Assembly (NCBI GenBank): GCA_963787125.1
Contig: CAWBBV010000011.1
Coordinates: 248,243 to 312,242, forward strand
Direction of reading: 5' to 3'
DNA: 64,000 bases
Source of the DNA: an uncultured delta proteobacterium
GTDB taxonomy: Bacteria > Desulfobacterota > Desulfuromonadia > Geobacterales > DSM-12255
Part shown: positions 21,309 to 30,300 of the stretch, in pieces
Layout of the letters: each line of letters begins with the position of its first letter
How positions within the stretch are numbered: the stretch's first letter is position 1
Made by a program: the position numbers and the translations under genes
Notes under the pieces: model-generated
The model's input: the letters and a program-made list of their open reading frames with translations, nothing else
Told to the model about the DNA's origin: nothing
Databases searched by the model: none

Positions 21309-22025
21309 CTACAGTTGTATCGACGGTTTAAGAATCAGTATTCTCTGGCAATGAGGACAGGTTATCAGCTCCTCGCCGCGATGAAGATTGTTGTACATCT
21401 GGGGGGGAATCTGCATATTACAGCCAAGGCAGCCACCATCTCGCGCCTCAACCACAGCAACCCCCCTGCGGCCTTCACGCAGCTTTTCATAACGTTTGAG
21501 CAGTCCCGGAGGGATCGCCTTGACATGCTCAGCCCTGAGCTTTGCATCAGAAGTTACCGAAGCTTCCTCACTCAGCATACGGGCTTTTATCTCCGTTTTT
21601 TGAACGCCAATATTCTCGTCAAGAACGGTCATATCTGCTTCCATGGAAGAGAGCTCAGTCTTTAGCTCTTCAAGACGACTTATCTTCTGGAGGATCTGAT
21701 CCTCCAACTCTAGAATGAGCTTCTTGGCAGAAGCTATCTCCTTGTTTACTGCCTGATACTCTTTCTGTGTGGTAATGCCTTTGAGGTTAACCTCAGAACG
21801 GATAATATTGGCATTCTCTGCTGCCAGGTTCTCTTCCAGAGCCAGTCGTTGAGCTTCTGTATCCTCAATTTCAACGTTTTTGGCATCCACAGCAGCTTTC
21901 ACGTCCTGCTGACGGCTATCAAGTGCCTCAATTTCAGCAAGTGCTTCCTGTATTCTTGTCTGGCTGCCGTCAGACTTTAGATCCAGCTCCTGCAGATCTT
22001 CCAGTACCATTAGCTTTTCGCGCAC
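21309..22025 (-). CDS. Coiled-coil protein with C4 zinc ribbon (CT398/DUF164-like)
   Basis: Long coiled coil followed by CLGCNMQIPPQ...CPHCQRIL; usual neighbour of nif3 and rnpB. Confidence 0.88.
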   Translation of the reverse strand: MREKLMVLEDLQELDLKSDGSQTRIQEALAEIEALDSRQQDVKAAVDAKNVEIEDTEAQRLALEENLAAENANIIRSEVNLKGITTQKEYQAVNKEIASAKKLILELEDQILQKISRLEELKTELSSMEADMTVLDENIGVQKTEIKARMLSEEASVTSDAKLRAEHVKAIPPGLLKRYEKLREGRRGVAVVEARDGGCLGCNMQIPPQMYNNLHRGEELITCPHCQRILILKPSIQL

Positions 22026-22064
22026 AAATTTTCTCCTTGTTTGTAATATACCTATGTAATGACT

Positions 22065-23180
22065 TCAGATAACTTCGAACGGGTCACTTTCTGCAGTGCA
22101 TCTCAAAACTTCAACATTAACCTTTCTTTTACTGAACTCTTTTTCTAGTTGTCCGGAAAAACCCTCCACCATAAGCTTTTCAGTGGCAAAATGCCCGGCA
22201 TCAATCAATGCAATCCCGAGAGCCTGGGCTTCCCGAGCATCATGGTATTTAATATCGCCGGTCAGAAAAAGGTCAGCGCCCTCCCTGACCGCATCATGAA
22301 GAAGAGATGCGCCACTCCCGCCACACAGTGCCAGCGTGGATATCCGAAGATCCATATCCCCTACAATCCGCAGGGATGAAGCCCCAAGCCGTTGCTTTAC
22401 AATTTCGGCAAAGTCCCCCAGCCGCGGTTTGGCTTCGAGCGTGCCAATCCTGCCAATTCCTGACAGCAGCCCCTCATTGAGCAGAGGAATAATGTCAAAC
22501 GCCGGCTCTTCATAAGGGTGAATCTTTCTCAGCGACTTGATGGCAGAGCTGAGATCAGCTTTAGACACGAGTATTTCCAACCTGGCTTCATCGACAACTG
22601 CCCTCTCACCAACCCTGCCGATGAAAGGAGATGAGCCCTTAAGAGGTCTGAAGGTGCCCTGCCCCGCAGCAGTGAAGGAGCAGTCAGCGTAACCGGCGGA
22701 CTTACGGCTGAAGGGAAGCAGCGCATTCATAACCGCTTGATAATGAGAACCCGGCACAAAAACCGTCAGTTTCAACAACTCTTCACGGCAAGAAACCTTT
22801 AGTGGCTTGCAATTGGTCATCCCGAGGGCGTCTGCAAGCAGGTCATTTACTCCGTTTGAAACAACATCGTAATTTGTATGCAGCGACACAATAGCAAGCT
22901 TATTTCCAATGGCACGATGGATCAAACGGCCGGTCTCATCATTGGTGGATATTCGTTTCAGCGGCTTGAAAATTAAAGGGTGATGGGTAAGGAGGAGTTG
23001 GCAGGAACTGTTTATTGCTGCATCAACTGCAGCTGGCGAAGGATCGAGGGCCACCATGGCCCTTTCTATCTCCTGGGAAGGGTCCCCGACCTGCAGACCG
23101 ACATTATCCCAGTTTTCCGCCATAGCCGGCGGGGCAATTTTATTAATAATTCCGACTACATCAGAGAGTTTTATCCGCAA
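22065..23180 (-). CDS. Nif3-like dinuclear metal centre hexameric protein
   Basis: AENWDNVGLQVG, THHPLIF, HTNYD, HPYEEPAFD and DAGHFATE motifs. Start placed at TTG 23180 because the upstream extension is a hairpin. Confidence 0.92.
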   Translation of the reverse strand: MRIKLSDVVGIINKIAPPAMAENWDNVGLQVGDPSQEIERAMVALDPSPAAVDAAINSSCQLLLTHHPLIFKPLKRISTNDETGRLIHRAIGNKLAIVSLHTNYDVVSNGVNDLLADALGMTNCKPLKVSCREELLKLTVFVPGSHYQAVMNALLPFSRKSAGYADCSFTAAGQGTFRPLKGSSPFIGRVGERAVVDEARLEILVSKADLSSAIKSLRKIHPYEEPAFDIIPLLNEGLLSGIGRIGTLEAKPRLGDFAEIVKQRLGASSLRIVGDMDLRISTLALCGGSGASLLHDAVREGADLFLTGDIKYHDAREAQALGIALIDAGHFATEKLMVEGFSGQLEKEFSKRKVNVEVLRCTAESDPFEVI

Positions 23181-23296
23181 AGTGCCTACAAAAGAAAAAG
23201 AGTGCAACCTTTTGGTATGCACTCTTTTTCTCCCCTTTTATGGGAATTTTCAGACGTAAAGCGCTTTATGGGCATCTCCACGTAAACCTTGGAAAA

Positions 23297-23373
23297 TGGT
23301 GGGCCCACCAGGACTCGAACCTGGGACCGACCGGTTATGAGCCGGTAGCTCTAGCCAACTGAGCTATAGGCCC
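23297..23373 (-). tRNA. tRNA with CAU anticodon, most likely tRNA-Ile2 (lysidine-modified)
   Basis: GGGCCTATAGCTCAGTTGGCTAGAGCTACCGGCTCATAACCGGTCGGTCCCAGGTTCGAGTCCTGGTGGGCCCACCA; lacks initiator features; acceptor stem resembles Ile2 tRNAs. Confidence 0.9.
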
Positions 23374-23549
23374 GTAAAGCGAACGTTCATAATAAAACCT
23401 ATGCAGACAGGATGTCAAGCTTTTGTAGTAACCTGGCGGTTAGTTTTCTTCAACAACACTAGCCTCAGCCACTGTCATCAATCATCCTGGCTGTTAGAGT
23501 TTGCATTTTCGCTTCAATCACGTAGAATACCGGCGAAAAGGAGCTTGCC

Positions 23550-23837
23550 ATGCACCTCAAAGAAGAGCAGGTTCACCGCCTGGCCGAAAAGATTCTGAAC
23601 GACCTGATAGCAGCAGAAGAAGTTATTCTCAAGGCAGAAAGGGGAGCAATCCTTGCTGCCATAAAAATCGCCATCATGACTGACCTTAAGGCTGAAGAGT
23701 CGCTTGAACGTGATGCGGAGCGAATCCTTCAGGAAAATCTTACCGCACTTGGCAGAGGCGCCCTTGAAATTGATCGCCACAAAATGTTGCGAATGATTAA
23801 GGACAGACTGGCAAAGGAACGAAAGATAACTTTATAG
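23550..23837 (+). CDS. DUF507-like protein
   Basis: MHLKEEQVHRLAEKI...MIKDRLAKERKITL pattern; AAGGAG RBS. Confidence 0.7.
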   Translation: MHLKEEQVHRLAEKILNDLIAAEEVILKAERGAILAAIKIAIMTDLKAEESLERDAERILQENLTALGRGALEIDRHKMLRMIKDRLAKERKITL

Positions 23838-23853
23838 GGGCTAGGGCACTTAC

Positions 23854-24123
23854 ATGATTATTTCTGAAGATCGCATCTCCCATATATCCCACCTGATTGT
23901 CGACAAAATCTGGCAAAATGATCTTGTCGATTTCCCCACCGAGCCTCGTGCCCTGCAACGAATCAAGCTCAGCATCTCCGAGTTCTTCACCAATACAGAG
24001 GAGCTTGATCAGGCCGTCAGGCGCAAACTCGCATCCTACTCACAATCAAAGGTCCCCGGAAGCCGCGAGTGGGAGATCCTTTACAAAAAATTCTATGAAG
24101 AAGAGTCTGCCAAAAGGAGATAA
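23854..24123 (+). CDS. DUF507-like protein
   Basis: ISEDRISHISH...VPGSREWEILYKKFYEEE pattern. Confidence 0.7.
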   Translation: MIISEDRISHISHLIVDKIWQNDLVDFPTEPRALQRIKLSISEFFTNTEELDQAVRRKLASYSQSKVPGSREWEILYKKFYEEESAKRR

Positions 24124-24125
24124 GT

Positions 24126-24689
24126 ATGTTCAGGCCTGCTTCATTTCCGGCAGCTCTCTCCATATTGCTGCTGCTGTGTACTCTTACAGGGTGTGCCACT
24201 GCAAATGTTCGGATATCCCCGGCGTTCACAATTGCTCAGAATCAGCTGATGGTGCCGATTGTCCCTTTTACTAACACGCTTGTTCCTGAAACTTTTTCGG
24301 AAGCAGTTTTTAATGATTTTGTCGATATTCTGAACGAAAATCAGTTAAAGTCCGGGTTCTCCTGGTTCGGGATCGTCAAAGATGACATGAAAACCTTGGA
24401 GAAGGTTCTCTCTCCTGGCCACATCTACATCACCGGCGAGGTCTGGAGCTATATCGAAAACTCGGGCTGTTGCTCAACCGAAATAAGAGTCAAGTCCAGG
24501 CTCCGCATCTCCAGAGTTGTCTCCCAAGAGCTCCTCTGGGAAGCGGAGATCCCGATTGACAGTTTTTTTGAACACGACTCATCAACCTTCCCCATTGAAC
24601 GCGAAAAGATCGCCAAGCGCCTCGCAACTGCAATGACCATGGAAATCCTTAAGGCCCTTCAGGGTGCCAAACGAATATCAATCGACTAA
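24126..24689 (+). CDS. Putative lipoprotein
   Basis: Hydrophobic leader with lipobox LTGC; sits in an operon before priA. Confidence 0.7.
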   Translation: MFRPASFPAALSILLLLCTLTGCATANVRISPAFTIAQNQLMVPIVPFTNTLVPETFSEAVFNDFVDILNENQLKSGFSWFGIVKDDMKTLEKVLSPGHIYITGEVWSYIENSGCCSTEIRVKSRLRISRVVSQELLWEAEIPIDSFFEHDSSTFPIEREKIAKRLATAMTMEILKALQGAKRISID

Positions 24690-24694
24690 TCTCC

Positions 24695-26953
24695 ATGTTG
24701 ACCGACCACAATACTCTCGAAATTGCCATTCCGCTCCCCCTTGAGCAGACATTCTGCTACAGCGTGCCGCAAGCGCTCAAGGAGCTGGCGGTTGCCGGTA
24801 CAAGAGTGCTGGTCCCTTTTGGGAGAAGAACTGTTACCGGCTACATTCTCGGTCCGGGGGAAGGCACCTTTAGTGGCAAACCGAAAGAGATCATCGAACT
24901 TTTGGACCGGGAACCACTCTTTTCATCGCAGCAGACGGTTTTTTATCGCTGGATAGCAGCTTATTACCTTCACCCCCTTGGCGAGGTCATAAGAACGGCA
25001 CTCCCCTCCGGCCTCACGGTCATGGGGCGCCATAAACATACGCTTTCAACTGACGGCTCACCTGTTTCAGAAGAGGTGCTGTCAAAAAGCACTCGGTGTC
25101 GTGAAGAGAAACACTTTACACCGACCGATAAAACTGTTCCCGTTTCTCTTAAAGGAAAGGCCGCGGCTATCCTCGATTTTATCAAAGCAGGCTCCGCACC
25201 CTCTACCGCGACCATCAAAAACAATTTCGGCGATTCACTGCCACAACTGAAACGGCTTGAAGAACTCGGGTTGATCCAAAGTTTCAAAAAAGAGGTATAC
25301 CGCGACCCCTTTAACGACAATCCGATCGAACGCGACACCCCCCGCATCCTGAACAGTGCTCAACAGAAAGCTCTGGACGCCCTTCTGGAAGGGATATATT
25401 CGCATAAATTCAGTCCACACCTTCTGCATGGCGTGACCGGCAGCGGTAAGACCGAGGTATACCTGCAGGCAATTGCAGCCACCCTTGAAAATGGGAAGGA
25501 CGCCATGGTACTGGTGCCGGAAATTGCCCTTACCCCCCAACTGGTCGAGCGCTTTCGCCGTCGTTTTTCATGCGGCATTGCGGTACTGCACAGCGGTCTT
25601 TCAAATGGTGAACGCTATGACGAGTGGCGCAGGATAAGGCGCGGCCAGGCGAGAATCGTCATCGGTGCCAGATCCGCAGTTTTTGCCCCGCTTGTGAATC
25701 TGGGGATAATAGTCGTTGATGAGGAGCACGAAGGCTCTTACAAACAGAGTGACGGGCTCCGCTACAACGCCCGTGACCTGGCGCTGGTCCTGGGAAAACA
25801 GCACCACGCGGTTGTCCTCCTTGGCTCTGCAACCCCCCTTGTTACAACTGTTTATGCAGCAAGAGCAGGCAGGATGAAAGAGCTGAGTCTTGAGGCGCGG
25901 GTCATGGACAGGCCTATGCCGGAGACGCAGTTAATCGATCAGCGAGGGAAAAAAAGCGAAACTCTCTCCCAGAAAATTGTTGGGGCGCTAGCTGAAAATC
26001 TTGAAAACGGCGGCCAGTCCCTCCTTTTTTTAAACCGGCGCGGCTTCGCGCCCTGGCTGGTATGCAAAGAGTGTGGCTTCATCCTCCGCTGCCCGAACTG
26101 CAGCGTCACCCTCACCTATCATCAGCACAAAAAGCGCCATATCTGTCACTACTGCGACCACTCCGTCCGTGCACCGTCATTATGCCCTGAATGCGATGGC
26201 GGCGAAATCGGCCTGTTTGGCATCGGCACCGAGCGCCTTGAAGAGGAGGTTGCCGCTCTTTTCCCTACTGCCCGGATCGCCCGGATGGATCGAGATACAA
26301 CCGGCACCAAAGGTGGCCATTCCCGCATCCTGAAGAAACTAGAAAACGGTGCAATAGATATCCTCATCGGCACCCAGATGATCGCCAAGGGGCACGATTT
26401 CCCCGGAGTTACACTGGTCGGGGTCGTCTCGGCAGACACCACCCTCAACCTTCCTGACTTCCGTGGCAGTGAACGGGGATTCCAACTGGTCAGCCAGGTA
26501 TCCGGCAGAGCCGGGCGGGGTGATGCGCCTGGCAGGGTCTTTGTGCAGACGCTCAACCCGGAGCATTTTGCGTTGAGGACTGCGGTTGCTCATGACTATG
26601 AAGCATTTTACCTGCAGGAGATTGCTGATCGCAAAGACGCCGGCTATCCGCCTTTCTCTTACCTTGCGGCCATTCAGTTTTCCAGCAGTTCCGCAAGCGT
26701 AGTGGAAAAAGGGGCGGGAGCAGCGGCAGCGCTATTGCGGGAGTTGCGCAGCAAGAGTGGCATGCGCCTTGAAATACTTGGCCCGGCAGTCGCGCCACTC
26801 GGCATGATTCGTGGCCGTTACCGCTGGCAGATCCTTCTTAAATCCAGCCGCAGAGACCAGCTGCACAAGCTGTTGCATCAATTCAAGACTGAGCACTCCG
26901 CTCCTGCAACACTCAGAATGGTGATAGATATTGACCCGCTTGAGCTGCTCTGA
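24695..26953 (+). CDS. priA: Primosomal protein N'
   Basis: GVTGSGKTEVY, VDEEHE, LNRRGF, four CxxC pairs, GTQMIAKGHDFP and QVSGRAGR motifs. Confidence 0.98.
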   Translation: MLTDHNTLEIAIPLPLEQTFCYSVPQALKELAVAGTRVLVPFGRRTVTGYILGPGEGTFSGKPKEIIELLDREPLFSSQQTVFYRWIAAYYLHPLGEVIRTALPSGLTVMGRHKHTLSTDGSPVSEEVLSKSTRCREEKHFTPTDKTVPVSLKGKAAAILDFIKAGSAPSTATIKNNFGDSLPQLKRLEELGLIQSFKKEVYRDPFNDNPIERDTPRILNSAQQKALDALLEGIYSHKFSPHLLHGVTGSGKTEVYLQAIAATLENGKDAMVLVPEIALTPQLVERFRRRFSCGIAVLHSGLSNGERYDEWRRIRRGQARIVIGARSAVFAPLVNLGIIVVDEEHEGSYKQSDGLRYNARDLALVLGKQHHAVVLLGSATPLVTTVYAARAGRMKELSLEARVMDRPMPETQLIDQRGKKSETLSQKIVGALAENLENGGQSLLFLNRRGFAPWLVCKECGFILRCPNCSVTLTYHQHKKRHICHYCDHSVRAPSLCPECDGGEIGLFGIGTERLEEEVAALFPTARIARMDRDTTGTKGGHSRILKKLENGAIDILIGTQMIAKGHDFPGVTLVGVVSADTTLNLPDFRGSERGFQLVSQVSGRAGRGDAPGRVFVQTLNPEHFALRTAVAHDYEAFYLQEIADRKDAGYPPFSYLAAIQFSSSSASVVEKGAGAAAALLRELRSKSGMRLEILGPAVAPLGMIRGRYRWQILLKSSRRDQLHKLLHQFKTEHSAPATLRMVIDIDPLELL

Positions 26954-27159
26954 GAATTTTGTTTATAACAGCTATTGACGCGGTTAAATCTTCTCAATAT
27001 ACTTCTACCCCAGATAAACTGGATAAGTACGTTAACGAAGTTATTTTCTGCCAGAAAAGTGCAGGAAATAACTTCTAACCTACTAAAAAAATCACCTGTA
27101 GTTGCGTTTGATCTTTTACCTTCAACCATGCAGCATGAACAGAAAAGGGGGGTCTAATC

Positions 27160-27573
27160 ATGCAGAATGTCAACACTCTGGGAAAGAACGGGCATACGCC
27201 GCTCATGGATGCAGCAAAAGAGGGGGATCTGGAGGCAATAACAGATCTGCTCCGCCGGGACGCTGAAGCAAACGCAAAAAGCGATAAGGGTAAGACCGCG
27301 CTCCACTACGCGGCAGCTTATGGCCACGTAGAGGCTGTAAAGCAGCTGATTGCCGAAGGAGCAGAAATCGATGCCCGTGATCGCGATTGGCGCACACCTC
27401 TGATGCATGCGGCCATTTACGGCTGCAACCATACAGTCCAGGCGCTTATTGTCAACGGTGCTGATGTTAATGCGAAAACCCTAACTGGCAACACTCCCCT
27501 TGTTTACGCCGAGAATAACAATCATCCCCTGACTGCTGCACTATTGAAAAAAGCCCAAAGACCAAAGAACTGA
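27160..27573 (+). CDS. Ankyrin-repeat protein
   Basis: GHTPLMDAA, GKTALHYAA, RTPLMHAA and GNTPLVYA repeats. Confidence 0.92.
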   Translation: MQNVNTLGKNGHTPLMDAAKEGDLEAITDLLRRDAEANAKSDKGKTALHYAAAYGHVEAVKQLIAEGAEIDARDRDWRTPLMHAAIYGCNHTVQALIVNGADVNAKTLTGNTPLVYAENNNHPLTAALLKKAQRPKN

Positions 27574-27693
27574 AAAAGTTGCCCTGATAACCAGAATAAA
27601 GTGAGTTACCGATATTTCCAGAGTACAAATCAATAAGGGGCATCCGGAAAACTCCTGATGCCCCTTAACTACTGACCACCACATGGGACCCCT

Positions 27694-28020
27694 ATGAAAT
27701 CTTTGCTGATAACATTTTGTTATCTAACCTTCTCAGCCATGGCACTCCTTTCTTCGGGCACATTTTCCTGCGCTGCTGAGGAACCTCGTTCCTGCTCAGT
27801 AAAAGAGATTCTTAAAGGGGGGATGTATGTCTACCTCCGCTGCCAGGAGAAAGACAGGGACATCTGGCTGGCAACAGTGGCACGTGAGTTCAAGAATGAC
27901 GAGATTGTCAGTTTTGTCGATGCGCCGCCAATGACCGACTTCTATTCCAAGTTTCTCAACCGGACTTTTCCCGAAGTGATCTTCACAGACCTTCTTCCGC
28001 CAGGGCCAAAGAAGAAATAG
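27694..28020 (+). CDS. Small exported protein (NrfJ-like resemblance)
   Basis: Signal peptide; YVYL...WLA...MTDFYSKFLNRTF pattern. The family call is from memory and weak. Confidence 0.5.
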   Translation: MKSLLITFCYLTFSAMALLSSGTFSCAAEEPRSCSVKEILKGGMYVYLRCQEKDRDIWLATVAREFKNDEIVSFVDAPPMTDFYSKFLNRTFPEVIFTDLLPPGPKKK

Positions 28021-28071
28021 CAAAAAAGTTATCCTTTGACTTTCGTTCACGAGATCCGCTAATCTCTTCAA

Positions 28072-28530
28072 ATGCACGAAATACTTGCAGCTTACGGCCT
28101 TCCTGCCCTTTTTATTCTTAGTTTCCTTGCCTCCACAATGCTGCCACTCGGCTCTGAATGGCTACTTGTCGCTATCCTGCTCCAGAAACATGATCCGTTT
28201 CTGGCTGTATTTATTGCAACCGTTGGCAACTATCTTGGTGCTTGTTCAAGTTATGCCATCGGCATTTACGGCGGCGACTTTCTCATAAAAAAACTGTTGC
28301 GCATCAGTGACGCTGACCGGGATCGCGCCGAGCGTTTTTTCGCCAGATACGGCAGCTGGTCGCTCTTTCTTTCCTGGCTCCCGATTATAGGTGATCCGCT
28401 CTGCCTTGTTGGCGGCATACTGAAAATCCCTTTCACTAAATTTTCACTCCTTGTTGCATCAGGCAAGGCTCTCAGGTACTCTGCAGTTGCATGGCTCACC
28501 CTCAAAGGGATCCGGAGTGTGACAACATGA
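28072..28530 (+). CDS. YqaA/DedA (VTT) family membrane protein
   Basis: SFLASTMLPLGSE, ATVGNYLG, SWLPIIGDPL and GKALRY motifs. Confidence 0.9.
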   Translation: MHEILAAYGLPALFILSFLASTMLPLGSEWLLVAILLQKHDPFLAVFIATVGNYLGACSSYAIGIYGGDFLIKKLLRISDADRDRAERFFARYGSWSLFLSWLPIIGDPLCLVGGILKIPFTKFSLLVASGKALRYSAVAWLTLKGIRSVTT

Positions 28531-28555
28531 CTGCAATAAGGCGGCTTACTCCCTC

Positions 28556-29854
28556 ATGATTAATAGATCACTGAACAGTCTCCAAAACGGGCTTCGGGTT
28601 GTTTCCATCAACATGCCCCATCTCCACTCTGCCGAGCTGGCTCTCTATATAAAAGTCGGCGGCAGAAACGACCCGGCGGACAAAGGCGGCCTGGCTCATT
28701 TCCTCGAACATATGCTCTTCAGAGGAACCGCAGACTACCCGACATCAACAGACATTGAAAACGCTTTCGAGACTATCGGTGGCTCTGTCAACGCTTCAAC
28801 TGATGAAGAGTGCACCTGCTTCTTTTCTCGCATCCACCCTGATCATCTCAAAAAAGCGGTAGAGATTCTCGCCTCCATGATCCTGCGACCGCTTTTGACC
28901 GACATTGAAATTGAAAAGAAGATCATTGCGGAGGAGGCGCTTGATGATTTGAGTGAAAAAGGGGAAGAGATCAACCCTCATAACCTGGCCAGCAGGCTTC
29001 TCTGGCCGGATCATCAATTGGGGCAGCCAACAATCGGCACACTGGAAAGTATCGCCTCCTTTACCACAGACGACTTGAAACAGCATCTGGCGACGTACTT
29101 TCTGCCGCAAAATGCTGTGCTTGTTGCCGCCGGGAATTTTAAACAGGAGCTCCTTTACGAAGCAGCCTCCGCCTGCTTTGCTTCATGGAGCGGCGGCACC
29201 TTACCAATCGTGCCTCCACCCGTTGAAGAGCAGACCTCCCCGCAAAGCACCTTTGTCTCTGATTCCGACAGCCAGGCTCACCTGCAGATCTCTTTCAGAA
29301 GCGTTGCCCGTAACGATGAGCGCATCATGGCACTTCGCCTGCTGCGCCGTGTTCTCTGCGGCAGTGGCAGTGCCAGACTTCATCTGACCTTGAGAGAGCG
29401 CCTCGGCATTGTCTATTCAGTTGATGCCAATATCGCAGCCTATGAAGAGACCGGTTACTTCTCTATCGAACTTTCGACCGCTCCTGAAAACCTCCGGACA
29501 GCTGTAGCCGAGGTTTTCAAAGAACTGCACAACCTGGCACGGGCAGAAATTCCTTTGGACGAATTTGTCAGAATCCGGAGAAGCTACTTCTACGAACTGG
29601 AGTACAGTCGCGATTCATGCTTTGAAATGCAGGTGCGTTACGGTTGGGGAGAATTGATGGGGATAGTTCGGGAAATTGAGGAGGATGAACTCCAGGCGAA
29701 CTCTCTAACTCCGGAGGCGCTTAACATAATCGCCGCAGAGCTTTTCCGGCCAGAAAATCTTAACCTCGTAGTCGTTGGCGCCTGGAGCGAAAAAGAGAAA
29801 AACGGGGTACTGGAAGAGATGGAGAAATACTCTGCGGGACCTGCTGCAGTCTGA
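28556..29854 (+). CDS. M16 family zinc peptidase
   Basis: GLAHFLEHMLFRGT (HxxEH), NAST and LRERLGIVY motifs. Confidence 0.93.
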   Translation: MINRSLNSLQNGLRVVSINMPHLHSAELALYIKVGGRNDPADKGGLAHFLEHMLFRGTADYPTSTDIENAFETIGGSVNASTDEECTCFFSRIHPDHLKKAVEILASMILRPLLTDIEIEKKIIAEEALDDLSEKGEEINPHNLASRLLWPDHQLGQPTIGTLESIASFTTDDLKQHLATYFLPQNAVLVAAGNFKQELLYEAASACFASWSGGTLPIVPPPVEEQTSPQSTFVSDSDSQAHLQISFRSVARNDERIMALRLLRRVLCGSGSARLHLTLRERLGIVYSVDANIAAYEETGYFSIELSTAPENLRTAVAEVFKELHNLARAEIPLDEFVRIRRSYFYELEYSRDSCFEMQVRYGWGELMGIVREIEEDELQANSLTPEALNIIAAELFRPENLNLVVVGAWSEKEKNGVLEEMEKYSAGPAAV

Positions 29855-29876
29855 CGCGCGCGGAAATTGGCGCCGG

Positions 29877-29904
29877 TTGACATCCATACATTCCAGGATA
29901 TACT
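29877..29904 (+). promoter_or_regulatory. Sigma70-like promoter
   Basis: TTGACA (29877-29882), 16-nt spacer, TATACT (29899-29904). Confidence 0.55.
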
Positions 29905-29909
29905 CACAG

Positions 29910-30009
29910 AGTAGAAGCAGTGAGTCACGCAGACAAAGCTAATTTGCGAGGGTCTTATGACTCTCATTAAGCCCTGGCAACCGCCCTCCTGGTTACCAGG
30001 GCGTTTTTT
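29910..30009 (+). ncRNA. Candidate small RNA (about 100 nt)
   Basis: Lies between the promoter above and a strong terminator; nested stems GAGTCA/TGACTC and CGCAGA/TTTGCG. Confidence 0.35.
29971..30009 (+). terminator. Intrinsic terminator
   Basis: GCCCTGGCAACC-loop-GGTTACCAGGGC followed by G-T6. Confidence 0.8.
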
Positions 30010-30300
30010 ATATACATCTCCGTTACTCCATTTACTTCATTCAAAACAACCACCATGCTGTCTGCTCCTTATATATCCGGCCTAGGTCAAACTCTCCAGA
30101 AGTAAACATAATCCGTAGTTTAAACCGTTGTTTAAATGGAAAGATTGCCGAAATATTTTCTATTGGAGTGAATGCCCGCTGTCCTGATAACATTCAGCTA
30201 ACAATCGAAGAAGATTAGTGAAAAACCCCTGATGGCTTATTGCAAACATAACAGGAACTGCGGTATACCATTGAAACTCACACGATCTATCGGAGAACCT

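Noticed and set aside
23181..23222. N-terminal extension of the Nif3-like ORF
   Set aside because: It coincides with a hairpin and U tract (AAAGAGTGCATACC/GGTTGCACTCTTTTT) after the tRNA; homology begins near TTG 23180.
23297..23373. Calling the CAU tRNA an initiator tRNA-Met
   Set aside because: It has a paired G1-C72 and lacks the three consecutive G-C pairs in the anticodon stem; Ile2 fits better, though elongator Met is not fully excluded.
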